From Thermodesulfovibrionales bacterium (GTDB lineage: Bacteria > Nitrospirota > Thermodesulfovibrionia > Thermodesulfovibrionales > SM23-35), in the NCBI GenBank assembly GCA_035624555.1, contig DASPRG010000169.1, forward strand, positions 1-26,285: a stretch of DNA of 26,285 bases, written 5' to 3'. Positions 17,296 through 24,401 of this stretch are shown here, one piece after another; positions within the stretch are counted from its first letter, which is position 1, and every line of letters starts with the position of its first letter. A model generated the notes under the pieces. That model worked only from the letters and a program-made list of their open reading frames with translations. It searched no databases and was not told the origin of the DNA. Position numbers and translations under genes: made by a program.

Positions 17296-17646
17296 TTAGG
17301 GTCCAGCCAATTGTTTTTTCTCGAGAGATGCTTTATGGGGCAGGGACCCCCTCTGTCTCTTTATATGGATTACCCTGACTCTGTCAGGAAAGACAAAGCC
17401 ATTGTTTTCCATTGAGGATGCTTCCAGTTTTTCCAGAGATTGAAGGCCTGCCTTATCAGCAAGCAGTAACCTTCTCTCTTTAATATGCTCAGCTTTCGTC
17501 TTTTCAAGGATACCGATTTTGTATTCCAAGGTAAGAACATTTGACTTGAGCCATATAAGACTGAACTGACCAGCAAGTAAAAGAGCAATACACAAGGGCT
17601 TAACAATGAGAGACATCATGCTTTTCTTTCTACCTAATCGAATCAT
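17296..17646 (-). CDS. ftsL: Probable cell division protein FtsL
   Basis: 116 aa with short basic N-terminus, TM helix, coiled-coil-like segment and terminal GFVFP..VIHI strand. Canonical position between rsmH and ftsI. The call rests largely on synteny. Confidence 0.75.
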   Translation of the reverse strand: MIRLGRKKSMMSLIVKPLCIALLLAGQFSLIWLKSNVLTLEYKIGILEKTKAEHIKERRLLLADKAGLQSLEKLEASSMENNGFVFPDRVRVIHIKRQRGSLPHKASLEKKQLAGP

Positions 17647-18518
17647 ATCTTCTCCGCTGCCCTGAGTTTCGCACTCCTTGAAGAAGGATTTGATCTGAGT
17701 TCTTCAGATCCTGGAGGCATAGGTTTTTTTGTCATCACCCTGAGTAATCCCCTTTTTGAACTCTGGGCCATAAAATGTTTTACTATCCTGTCTTCGAGTG
17801 AATGGTAGGAGATGGTGCACAACCTTCCACCCTTTTTCAGAAGCCTTAAAGAAGAATCAAGCCCTCTCCTCAGTTCGTCAAGCTCATTATTCACCTCTAT
17901 CCGTAATGCTTGGAATGTCTTTGTTGCAGGATGAACTCTTCCTCTTCTCCTGTATAATCTTTCTACAATCCCTGAAAGTTCAGAACAGGTATCAATTGGT
18001 TTTATCCTCCTCTTTCTGACTATCGCCTCTGATATCTTTCTCGATAAACGTTCTTCGCCGAATTCTCGGAGTATTTTCTCAAGGTCCTTCTCAGGATATC
18101 TGTTTACGATGTCCCATGCAGATAACTCTTGTTCCCTATCCATTCTCATGTCCAGACGCTTATCAGAGGTGAAACTCAATCCCCTCTCAGGATCTTTCAT
18201 CTGCATCATGGAAACACCGAGGTCGAAAAGAATACCGTCGACTTCTGAGATTCCATCCCTATGGAGCAAATTTTCCATATCTGAAAAATTCCCTTTCTTG
18301 AGAATCAGCCTTTCATTGAACAATTTCTTTCGGGCTACTCTCAAGGCCTCATCGTCCCGATCAATGCCTACAAGCTTACCCTCTGAGCCGATCAGCTTTA
18401 ATATCTCTTCTGCGTGTCCCCCGGGCCCAATCGTTGCATCTATATATATTCCACCCGGTATCGGGTTAAGAACCTTAATTGCCTCTTTTACCATAACCGG
18501 GAGATGAACAATCTCCAC
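17643..18518 (-). CDS. rsmH: 16S rRNA m4C1402 methyltransferase RsmH (MraW)
   Basis: HLPVM, DATIGPGGH, DLGVSMMQ, LDMRMD, HPATKTFQALRIEVN, ISYHSLEDRIVK, NPSSRSAKLR. Start moved to GTG 18518 (GGAG 7 nt upstream). Confidence 0.98.
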   Translation of the reverse strand: MEIVHLPVMVKEAIKVLNPIPGGIYIDATIGPGGHAEEILKLIGSEGKLVGIDRDDEALRVARKKLFNERLILKKGNFSDMENLLHRDGISEVDGILFDLGVSMMQMKDPERGLSFTSDKRLDMRMDREQELSAWDIVNRYPEKDLEKILREFGEERLSRKISEAIVRKRRIKPIDTCSELSGIVERLYRRRGRVHPATKTFQALRIEVNNELDELRRGLDSSLRLLKKGGRLCTISYHSLEDRIVKHFMAQSSKRGLLRVMTKKPMPPGSEELRSNPSSRSAKLRAAEKI

Positions 18519-18539
18519 AGTCAATCTCCATTCTTGTCT

Positions 18540-18992
18540 TTAAATACCGTAGGCTGTTAGTCTCTCTTCGACAGATTTCCTGTCTATCGCTTTTGGATCA
18601 GAAAGTTTATCCCATTCACTTCTGTCCCAGAGCTCAATTCTCTCTATCTGACCCACGATAGCAACATCACTATTTATGTTTGCATCTTCTCTATGCGCTG
18701 ACGGGACGAGGATCCTACCCTGTTTATCCATCTCTACCTCAGCGGCAGAGGCAATAACCCTTCTCATAAAAAATCTGACAGCTTCGTCGGATCTTGGTTT
18801 TTGCCGCACTTGTTCCTGAAGCCTGTTCCACTCTTCGAGAGGGTAGATATAAAGGCAGCGATCAAAGGGAGCATTTGTAATATAAAGTTTTGTGCTATAA
18901 TTACTTGCAATGATTTCTCTGAAAGGAGCGGGAATGATAATTCTTCCTTTTAGGTCTACACTATAGTAGTATTTTCCGGAGAAAGACGGCAA
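18540..18992 (-). CDS. mraZ: Transcriptional regulator MraZ
   Basis: Two SpoVT/AbrB-like repeats with DxxGR motifs (DLKGR, DKQGR) and IELW. The real start is most likely TTG 18992 (GGAGGG 5 nt upstream). The ORF-track extension to 19055 runs through the promoter. Confidence 0.96.
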   Translation of the reverse strand: MPSFSGKYYYSVDLKGRIIIPAPFREIIASNYSTKLYITNAPFDRCLYIYPLEEWNRLQEQVRQKPRSDEAVRFFMRRVIASAAEVEMDKQGRILVPSAHREDANINSDVAIVGQIERIELWDRSEWDKLSDPKAIDRKSVEERLTAYGI

Positions 18993-19000
18993 AATTTCCC

Positions 19001-19025
19001 TCCACTTTCTACCACTTTCCACCAC
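19001..19025 (-). promoter_or_regulatory. MraZ operator: three GTGG boxes with 10-nt period
   Basis: Minus strand GTGGTGGAAA GTGGTAGAAA GTGGA. GTGG cores at 19022-19025, 19012-19015 and 19002-19005 match the known MraZ direct-repeat architecture. Confidence 0.9.
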
Positions 19026-19055
19026 AATATAGTAGAGATAAAAAACGAATGTCAA
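19026..19055 (-). promoter_or_regulatory. Sigma70-type promoter of the dcw operon
   Basis: TTGACA (19050-19055), 18 nt, TATATT (19026-19031). The predicted start site falls within the MraZ boxes. Confidence 0.75.
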
Positions 19056-19307
19056 GTAAAAAATTTCAAATCCTATATACTGTATATCAGATAGAGTTGG
19101 ATAACTATATATTGATAACTTTTTATTCCTTCTTTTCGAATTGCATGAGCATGGTATAGAGACTTTGAGAGATCAGATAGAGAATGGAGATGTTTGCTCT
19201 CTCTCTTTTTAAGAAAGGAAGATTTCACAAATATCCATTTTTCATTGGATACCAGAGTAAACCATAAACTGGCATGAACTTTTCTACAAGGAGATTGAAT
19301 TTTTGGC

Positions 19308-19336
19308 TTGACAAAAGGATTTCTTCTTGATACTGT
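19308..19336 (+). promoter_or_regulatory. Sigma70-type promoter of hup
   Basis: TTGACA (19308-19313), 17 nt, TACTGT (19331-19336), with extended -10 TG at 19328-19329. Confidence 0.8.
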
Positions 19337-19382
19337 TAATCTCAACTTCTTAAAAACTTGTATATGAAAGGGGGGAATAGGG

Positions 19383-19655
19383 ATGACAAAAGCAGAGCTC
19401 ATCGACAAGGTTGCCTCAGGCGCAGGATTAAGTAAGGTAGATGCCTCGAAGGCGCTGGATACCACGTTAAACTCCATAAAGGGAGCCTTAAAGAAAGGAC
19501 AAAAGGTTACCCTCGTTGGATTTGGGACTTTCTTAGTTGTGAAAAGGAAATCCAGGAAAGGCCGTAATCCCAGGACCGGCGATGTTATCACAATACCTGC
19601 TGCGAAGATACCGAAGTTTACATCTGGCAAAGCACTTAAAGACGCAGTACGATAA
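19383..19655 (+). CDS. hup: DNA-binding protein HU
   Basis: 90 aa: MTKAELI, VTLVGFGTF, RKGRNPRTG, IPAAKIPKFTSGKALKDAV. Confidence 0.98.
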   Translation: MTKAELIDKVASGAGLSKVDASKALDTTLNSIKGALKKGQKVTLVGFGTFLVVKRKSRKGRNPRTGDVITIPAAKIPKFTSGKALKDAVR

Positions 19656-19672
19656 ACTTTGTGTAATTTATC

Positions 19673-19686
19673 TTAAGAATTAAGAA
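19673..19686. repeat. Heptamer pair downstream of hup
   Basis: TTAAGAA TTAAGAA; two exact units only. Confidence 0.4.
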
Positions 19687-19688
19687 TA

Positions 19689-19717
19689 AGGAAAGGGGGC
19701 ATAACGCCCCTTTTCTT
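19689..19717 (+). terminator. Intrinsic terminator-like hairpin after hup
   Basis: AGGAAAGGGGGC-ATAAC-GCCCCTTTTCTT: GC core stem followed by a T-rich tract. Confidence 0.75.
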
Positions 19718-19782
19718 GTCTATACCTTTTTGCTAACCGGATCGTGTAAACACACATTAGAATAATGAAGAAAGGAGGGGTT

Positions 19783-20088
19783 ATGCTTGTCGAGCTCAGC
19801 GTTATTCCTATTGGTATTGGCAGCAGTATCGGTGACAAGCTTGCTGAAGTATTAAAGATCATTGATGCAAGTGGGCTTCCTTATAAAATTAATCCCATGG
19901 GCACTGTTATCGAAGGTGAATGGGATGAAATAATGAAGCTTATAAAAAAATGCCATGGGGCTGTCATGAAAACCGGTGAGAGGACACTGACAACGATTAT
20001 CATCGACGACAGGAAGGGAAAGCCAAACAGAATAGAAGAGAAGGTAAGATCGATAGAAAGAAGGATTGGTAAATCTCTTAGGAAATAA
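19783..20088 (+). CDS. MTH1187-family thiamine-binding-like protein
   Basis: MLVELSVIPIG..S...., GLPYKINPMGTVIEGEWDE, RTLTTIIIDDR, KVRSIE. Start moved to ATG 19783 behind AAAGGAGGGG. Confidence 0.9.
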   Translation: MLVELSVIPIGIGSSIGDKLAEVLKIIDASGLPYKINPMGTVIEGEWDEIMKLIKKCHGAVMKTGERTLTTIIIDDRKGKPNRIEEKVRSIERRIGKSLRK

Positions 20089-20098
20089 GGGAAAGAGA

Positions 20099-22720
20099 TT
20101 ATTTCTCTGCAGGCTTTGTTGCGAGAGATCTTACGAGTCTCTCCTCGTCTTCCCGCGACTTGAGATGTCCTCTCAGTCTTTCTTCGAGGAGTTCTCTGAG
20201 AATTCTCGAATAGATAGGCCCAGGTCTAACACCCATATTTTTAAGGTCTTTTCCCGTGAGCGTTGTTTTCACTTTTCGTAACTCTGTCAGATACTGGGAT
20301 ATTACCTTCTGTTTCTGCCTATCCTTGCTAATTGCCATTGATAGCAGAATTGTTTCGAGCTTGAGTTTGCTCAGGAGGTTATATGTTTCCACGGGATCAT
20401 CAAGTGGTAGTCTTTTCAGAACTTCCCTTGCAAGCGGTATACCTTTGATAATCATATCCTTGATCTTTGGAGGTGGTGATAATCTTTCTATGGTGGCCTT
20501 CACCTCTTCATCCTGCAATCCTGACAACATGGCCATGAGATACAAAATTCCCCTGTCGGTCTTTTCTTCAAGGAAAAGCAGATTAAACCATGAGAGGGTC
20601 TCATGCATTGATTTCATGGTTATCTCAAGTTCCTCATTGAATATGAGGTTTTGGTATATAACCTTTGAGAGGCCGAGATCTGAAAGTCTCTTGAGTGTCC
20701 TGCTCGGTTCAGTCTCTTGAAACAGGAGCAGGAGCTCTTCATACAATCTCGGTCCTGAGAGCCTTTCAAAGAGGTTCATCTTTATTGTTGATTTTATAAG
20801 ATTCTCTGTATGTTTACTGATTCGAAACCCGAACCTTTCTGAAAACCTGATTGCCCTGAACACCCTTGTCGGGTCTTCAATAAAACTCAGGTTATGGAGA
20901 ACCCTGACCGATTTTTCTCGTAAATCACGCTGACCACCAAAAAAATCTATCAGTAGCCCGAAGTCCTTTGGATTTAATTTTATTGCTAAGGTGTTGATGG
21001 TAAAGTCTCTTCTGTATAGGTCTTTCTTAATTGATGAAGTCTCGACCTTTGGAAGGGCTGCGGGTGACTCATAGTATTCAGTTCTGGCTGTTGCAATATC
21101 AAGTTTTACTTTATCCGTAATTACCTGGGCGGTATTAAACTTCTGGTGTGTTTTTATCCGTGCGCCTAGTTGTTCACCTAATGCCTTTGCAAAGGGAATC
21201 CCTTCACCCTCAATAACAATATCTATATCAAGATTTTCCTCGCCCCTCAAAAGATCCCTTACTGTCCCTCCAACGAGATAGGCATTAAAACCTGCTTCCT
21301 CCGCAACCTCACCAGAAAGCTTAAGAATGTTATAAATCTCTGAAGGAAACCTGTCCTTCAGTAAAGAAGAAAGGCTTCTCCCCATAGACGATTTCTCTTT
21401 TATCACAGTTTTTTCTATCTTTCTGCGCCTGAGGAACTCCTCATAAAGGGTCCTCAACAAGTCTGTCCTTGTGATTGCACCGATAATTCTGCCATTCTCT
21501 AAAACAGGCATAAACCTCTGGTTTTGTTCTATCATTAAAGTTTCTATCTCTCTAATCGGTGCGTTTGGGCCAACGGTTATAGCATCTATTGTAGTAAAAT
21601 CGATTGACCTGCTTTTTCCAAAACCATGGAAAAGGGCCTTTTCCACGATCTCTCGCGATATGAGGCCAGTATACTTTTCCTCTTTCAAGACTGGCAGGAC
21701 GTTGACACCATAACGAGTCATCATTGCCTCTGCATCTTTGATAGAGGTGCCTCCCTGGATAGTGATAACATGACTCGTCATGATATCAGAGGCAACTTTA
21801 AAGGGCTTTACCGTATTTCGGAGTAACTCTGTTAATCTGTCCTCAAGAACTTCTAGGGATGCTTCTTTAATTGTGGCAGAGGCTGCAGTAGGATGGCCCC
21901 CGCCTCCAAATTCTTTCATCACCTTTGATACATCGAGCTCCGGAACCTTGCTCCTTGCTACCATCAATATCTTTCCTTCCAGGCTCAACAGTAACACCAC
22001 AGCATCGATATCTTCGATATCCATCAGTCTGTGGGCAAAGTAGGCTGCATCTCCAAGGTAGCTTTCACGAGATGCCTTTGCTACCTTTATTCTTATCCCT
22101 CCTATAACCATCTCTTTTGATGACTGTACAAGTTCATTCAGGAGGTCAAGCTCTTCCATACTCAATTCCATTTTTAAAAAGCTTGAGACAATATTAAGGT
22201 TTGCACCCCTTCTCAGAAGATATGAAACAGCAAGTACGTCCCTTTCTGTCGTAGAAGGAAAAAGCAGACACCCTGTCTCTTCATATATGCCTAAGGCGAG
22301 TATCGTGGCCTCCATTGGCGTCAGATGTATTTTTCTGGTTTTCAGTATCTCTGTAAAGATGGTTGCTGTAGCCCCGACATTTTCGATCTTCTCTATATCT
22401 CCCCTTATATCGCCTTTATTGAATGGATGGTGATCATAGATGTGTATCTTTATTCCTTTCTGCGAAAGTAGTTCTGCAAAAGGACCTATCCTGCTCGGTA
22501 TTTTTGTATCCACAATAATGAGCCGTGTAACCTTTGAAAGGTTAATGTCCTTTATCCGCTTTATCTCTACAGGGTGAAAAGCCTCCATGAAATCTCTCAG
22601 TTTTTTTTCCTGAGAACCTGGAAAGACCATCTTTGCTCCAGGATACAGTTTATTGGCAGCTACCATCGAAGCGAGAGAATCAAAATCAGCATTGATGTGA
22701 GAGGTAATTACGTCCATCAT
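20099..22720 (-). CDS. Class II tRNA nucleotidyltransferase (CCA- or A-adding) with N-terminal DHH/DHHA1 and tandem CBS domains
   Basis: HINADFD, YDHHP and GGGGHPTAA (DHH/DHHA1), two CBS repeats, LVGGTVRD..DIDI (motif A), RTEYY flexible loop, RRDFTIN, EDPTRVFRAIRF. Confidence 0.93.
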   Translation of the reverse strand: MMDVITSHINADFDSLASMVAANKLYPGAKMVFPGSQEKKLRDFMEAFHPVEIKRIKDINLSKVTRLIIVDTKIPSRIGPFAELLSQKGIKIHIYDHHPFNKGDIRGDIEKIENVGATATIFTEILKTRKIHLTPMEATILALGIYEETGCLLFPSTTERDVLAVSYLLRRGANLNIVSSFLKMELSMEELDLLNELVQSSKEMVIGGIRIKVAKASRESYLGDAAYFAHRLMDIEDIDAVVLLLSLEGKILMVARSKVPELDVSKVMKEFGGGGHPTAASATIKEASLEVLEDRLTELLRNTVKPFKVASDIMTSHVITIQGGTSIKDAEAMMTRYGVNVLPVLKEEKYTGLISREIVEKALFHGFGKSRSIDFTTIDAITVGPNAPIREIETLMIEQNQRFMPVLENGRIIGAITRTDLLRTLYEEFLRRRKIEKTVIKEKSSMGRSLSSLLKDRFPSEIYNILKLSGEVAEEAGFNAYLVGGTVRDLLRGEENLDIDIVIEGEGIPFAKALGEQLGARIKTHQKFNTAQVITDKVKLDIATARTEYYESPAALPKVETSSIKKDLYRRDFTINTLAIKLNPKDFGLLIDFFGGQRDLREKSVRVLHNLSFIEDPTRVFRAIRFSERFGFRISKHTENLIKSTIKMNLFERLSGPRLYEELLLLFQETEPSRTLKRLSDLGLSKVIYQNLIFNEELEITMKSMHETLSWFNLLFLEEKTDRGILYLMAMLSGLQDEEVKATIERLSPPPKIKDMIIKGIPLAREVLKRLPLDDPVETYNLLSKLKLETILLSMAISKDRQKQKVISQYLTELRKVKTTLTGKDLKNMGVRPGPIYSRILRELLEERLRGHLKSREDEERLVRSLATKPAEK

Positions 22721-22722
22721 CT

Positions 22723-22731
22723 ATTTTAGCA
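22723..22731 (-). promoter_or_regulatory. Extended -10 promoter element directly before the nucleotidyltransferase start
   Basis: Minus strand TG-C-TAAAAT-AG-ATG-ATG; no SD upstream. Confidence 0.55.
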
Positions 22732-22781
22732 GATACCTGATGATGAGTTTTGTCGTGTCTACAAGCTCAAATAATCAAACA

Positions 22782-22812
22782 CCCCGCCTTATTCTTAAGG
22801 GAAGAGGTGGGG
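22782..22812. repeat. Imperfect GC hairpin (REP-like or terminator) between the cyclase and nucleotidyltransferase genes
   Basis: CCCCGCCTT ATTCTTAAGG GAAGAGGTGGGG. The CCCCGCCT and AGGTGGGG arms pair with one G.T. Confidence 0.4.
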
Positions 22813-22869
22813 GAGGTATCCATTTTTTTGCCACTTTGTGAGCCAAATGCTTATAAAGGTTTTTGGTTG

Positions 22870-22897
22870 GGTTATTGTAATTTGGTTATTGGGTATT
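22870..22897. repeat. Heptamer array just after the cyclase stop codon
   Basis: GGTTATT GTAATTT GGTTATT GGGTATT. Confidence 0.7.
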
Positions 22898-22899
22898 AA

Positions 22900-24312
22900 T
22901 TACAGGGAAGGATTTATGGCAATCTGATCTCGCCCCTTTTTCTTAGCAGTAAAGAGGGCATCGTCAGCAAAAGTAATGAGGTTATCAGGGTTTTTGATCC
23001 TTGTATCAGAACTGCAGGCTATTCCCACACTCACGGTAATTTTTTCTCCATCTTTGAGGGCATAAAACTGATATTTCTTTACTATCTTACTTAACCGTTC
23101 TGCCTCCGCTAAGGAGCCAGATAGAGATGTCTGAGGCAGGAGCATGATGAACTCTTCACCACCATATCTTGCAAAGATATCAGATTTTCTTGTATGTTCT
23201 TTCACGAGCTGTGCGAATTCTCTGAGGATTATGTCTCCTACTCTGTGACCATACGTATCATTTATTTTTTTGAAATTGTCGATATCGAACATCATGCAAC
23301 ATAAAGGCATCCTGTGTCTTTCAGCCCTGCTGAATTCCTCATCAAGTCTGTTATAGAAATATCTCACATTGTAGATTCCTGTCAGGTAGTCAGTTATCGC
23401 AAGCCTTTCGAGATCTCTCTTTTCTCTTGCAAGATTGTCATACAGGAAGGCATTGTAAAGGGTGTTTGCTGATGCACTGGCTATAGCCGTACAAAGCTTT
23501 CTCTCCCTTTCTGAAAAGGTTCGTTCTGCCTTTGCTATATTCAGCAATAATGTACCTATTACCTCATCATGGAAGATTACCGGTATCACCATAATAGAAC
23601 GAATGCCCATAGGCTCTATGATATCCTTTACCTCTTCCATCATTGGGTCTTTCAGTGCATCTTTTACCAGTACTGATTTTTTAAGGGATAAGGCTTTCCT
23701 TATCTCAGGATATTTCTGGAGATCAAGCCTGATATTTGTGATGTTAGGATCTTCAAAGGTTGAGACGACATTTGCGTATCTCTTATCTTTAGCATCTATG
23801 CTGATTATTGAACATCTCGTGACATGTATTATCTCTGATAATTTTTTCACCACGAGATAGAGTGCCTTTCGCGGGTCAAGGGTTGATGTAATAAAGTGTG
23901 TAAGTTCGATAAGGGCCTCGAGATCTTTATTTTCCTTATGTAGGGTCTCCAACCAGCTCTTTCTCTTTATCGCAACCCTTAGTCTGTCTTCAAGGTCTTC
24001 CTTATAAAAAGGAGCAAGTAAATAATACTCCACACCTGATTTGACGACAGAACGAATCCCGTTAATTGTATTACCGGGCGATATCAAGACTATTACAGGG
24101 AATTCACTCTCTGAAGGCTTTATGCACTCAAGGGCGTTGGGGCTACCAATAATAAGGGCAGCAGGTTTTTTCTTTTCCAGTTCTCTCTTTAAGCCCTCTT
24201 CACCTTTTTTATTGATAAAGCGGGCTGTATAATCATTCCTTCCTCTAAAGAAGGACTTCAGAAATTTCAGAACTTCTCTGTCATCGTCGTAAATGAATAT
24301 TTCCCTTTTCAT
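22900..24312 (-). CDS. Diguanylate cyclase: atypical receiver - GAF - GGDEF
   Basis: DYLTGIYN, MFDIDNFKKINDTYGHRVGD, RKSD I-site 5 residues before GGEEF, TVSVGIA, ADDALFTAKKKGRD. Central GAF-like region; N-terminal receiver-like fold. Confidence 0.95.
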   Translation of the reverse strand: MKREIFIYDDDREVLKFLKSFFRGRNDYTARFINKKGEEGLKRELEKKKPAALIIGSPNALECIKPSESEFPVIVLISPGNTINGIRSVVKSGVEYYLLAPFYKEDLEDRLRVAIKRKSWLETLHKENKDLEALIELTHFITSTLDPRKALYLVVKKLSEIIHVTRCSIISIDAKDKRYANVVSTFEDPNITNIRLDLQKYPEIRKALSLKKSVLVKDALKDPMMEEVKDIIEPMGIRSIMVIPVIFHDEVIGTLLLNIAKAERTFSERERKLCTAIASASANTLYNAFLYDNLAREKRDLERLAITDYLTGIYNVRYFYNRLDEEFSRAERHRMPLCCMMFDIDNFKKINDTYGHRVGDIILREFAQLVKEHTRKSDIFARYGGEEFIMLLPQTSLSGSLAEAERLSKIVKKYQFYALKDGEKITVSVGIACSSDTRIKNPDNLITFADDALFTAKKKGRDQIAINPSL

Positions 24313-24387
24313 CTTATCTCACACGAAATTATTACAGATTTCCCTGCATTTGTCCAATAATTTTTCCATGCAGACACCTCTTTTTCC

Positions 24388-24401
24388 GTGATAAGAATCA
24401 C
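24388..24401. promoter_or_regulatory. Perfect palindrome GTGAT-N4-ATCAC (CRP/FNR-family-like operator)
   Basis: GTGAT AAGA ATCAC, upstream of the cyclase and its leader ORF. Confidence 0.45.

Noticed and set aside
18993-19055. N-terminal extension of MraZ given by the ORF track (MTFVFYLYYIVVESGRKWREI)
   Set aside because: It is the translated promoter and operator; its TTG start is the -35 hexamer itself.
36-22107. Many 60-185 aa ORFs antisense or out of frame within the dcw, hup and nucleotidyltransferase genes (e.g. 8941-9483, 12313-12816, 19073-19630, 20256-20720)
   Set aside because: They shadow well-supported genes, lack SD signals and recognisable motifs, and are expected from codon bias on the opposite strand.
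7656-22799. The 9-mer CTTAAGAAT in three spacers (7656, 19672, 22791 reverse)
   Set aside because: It also occurs in coding sequence (21320), it is AT-rich, and it was picked post hoc, so it is not distinguishable from chance without a genome-wide count.
24319-24321. Selenocysteine read-through of the TGA between the leader ORF and the cyclase
   Set aside because: No convincing SECIS hairpin follows (only a 4-bp CAGA/TCTG stem) and the context is not a known selenoprotein motif.
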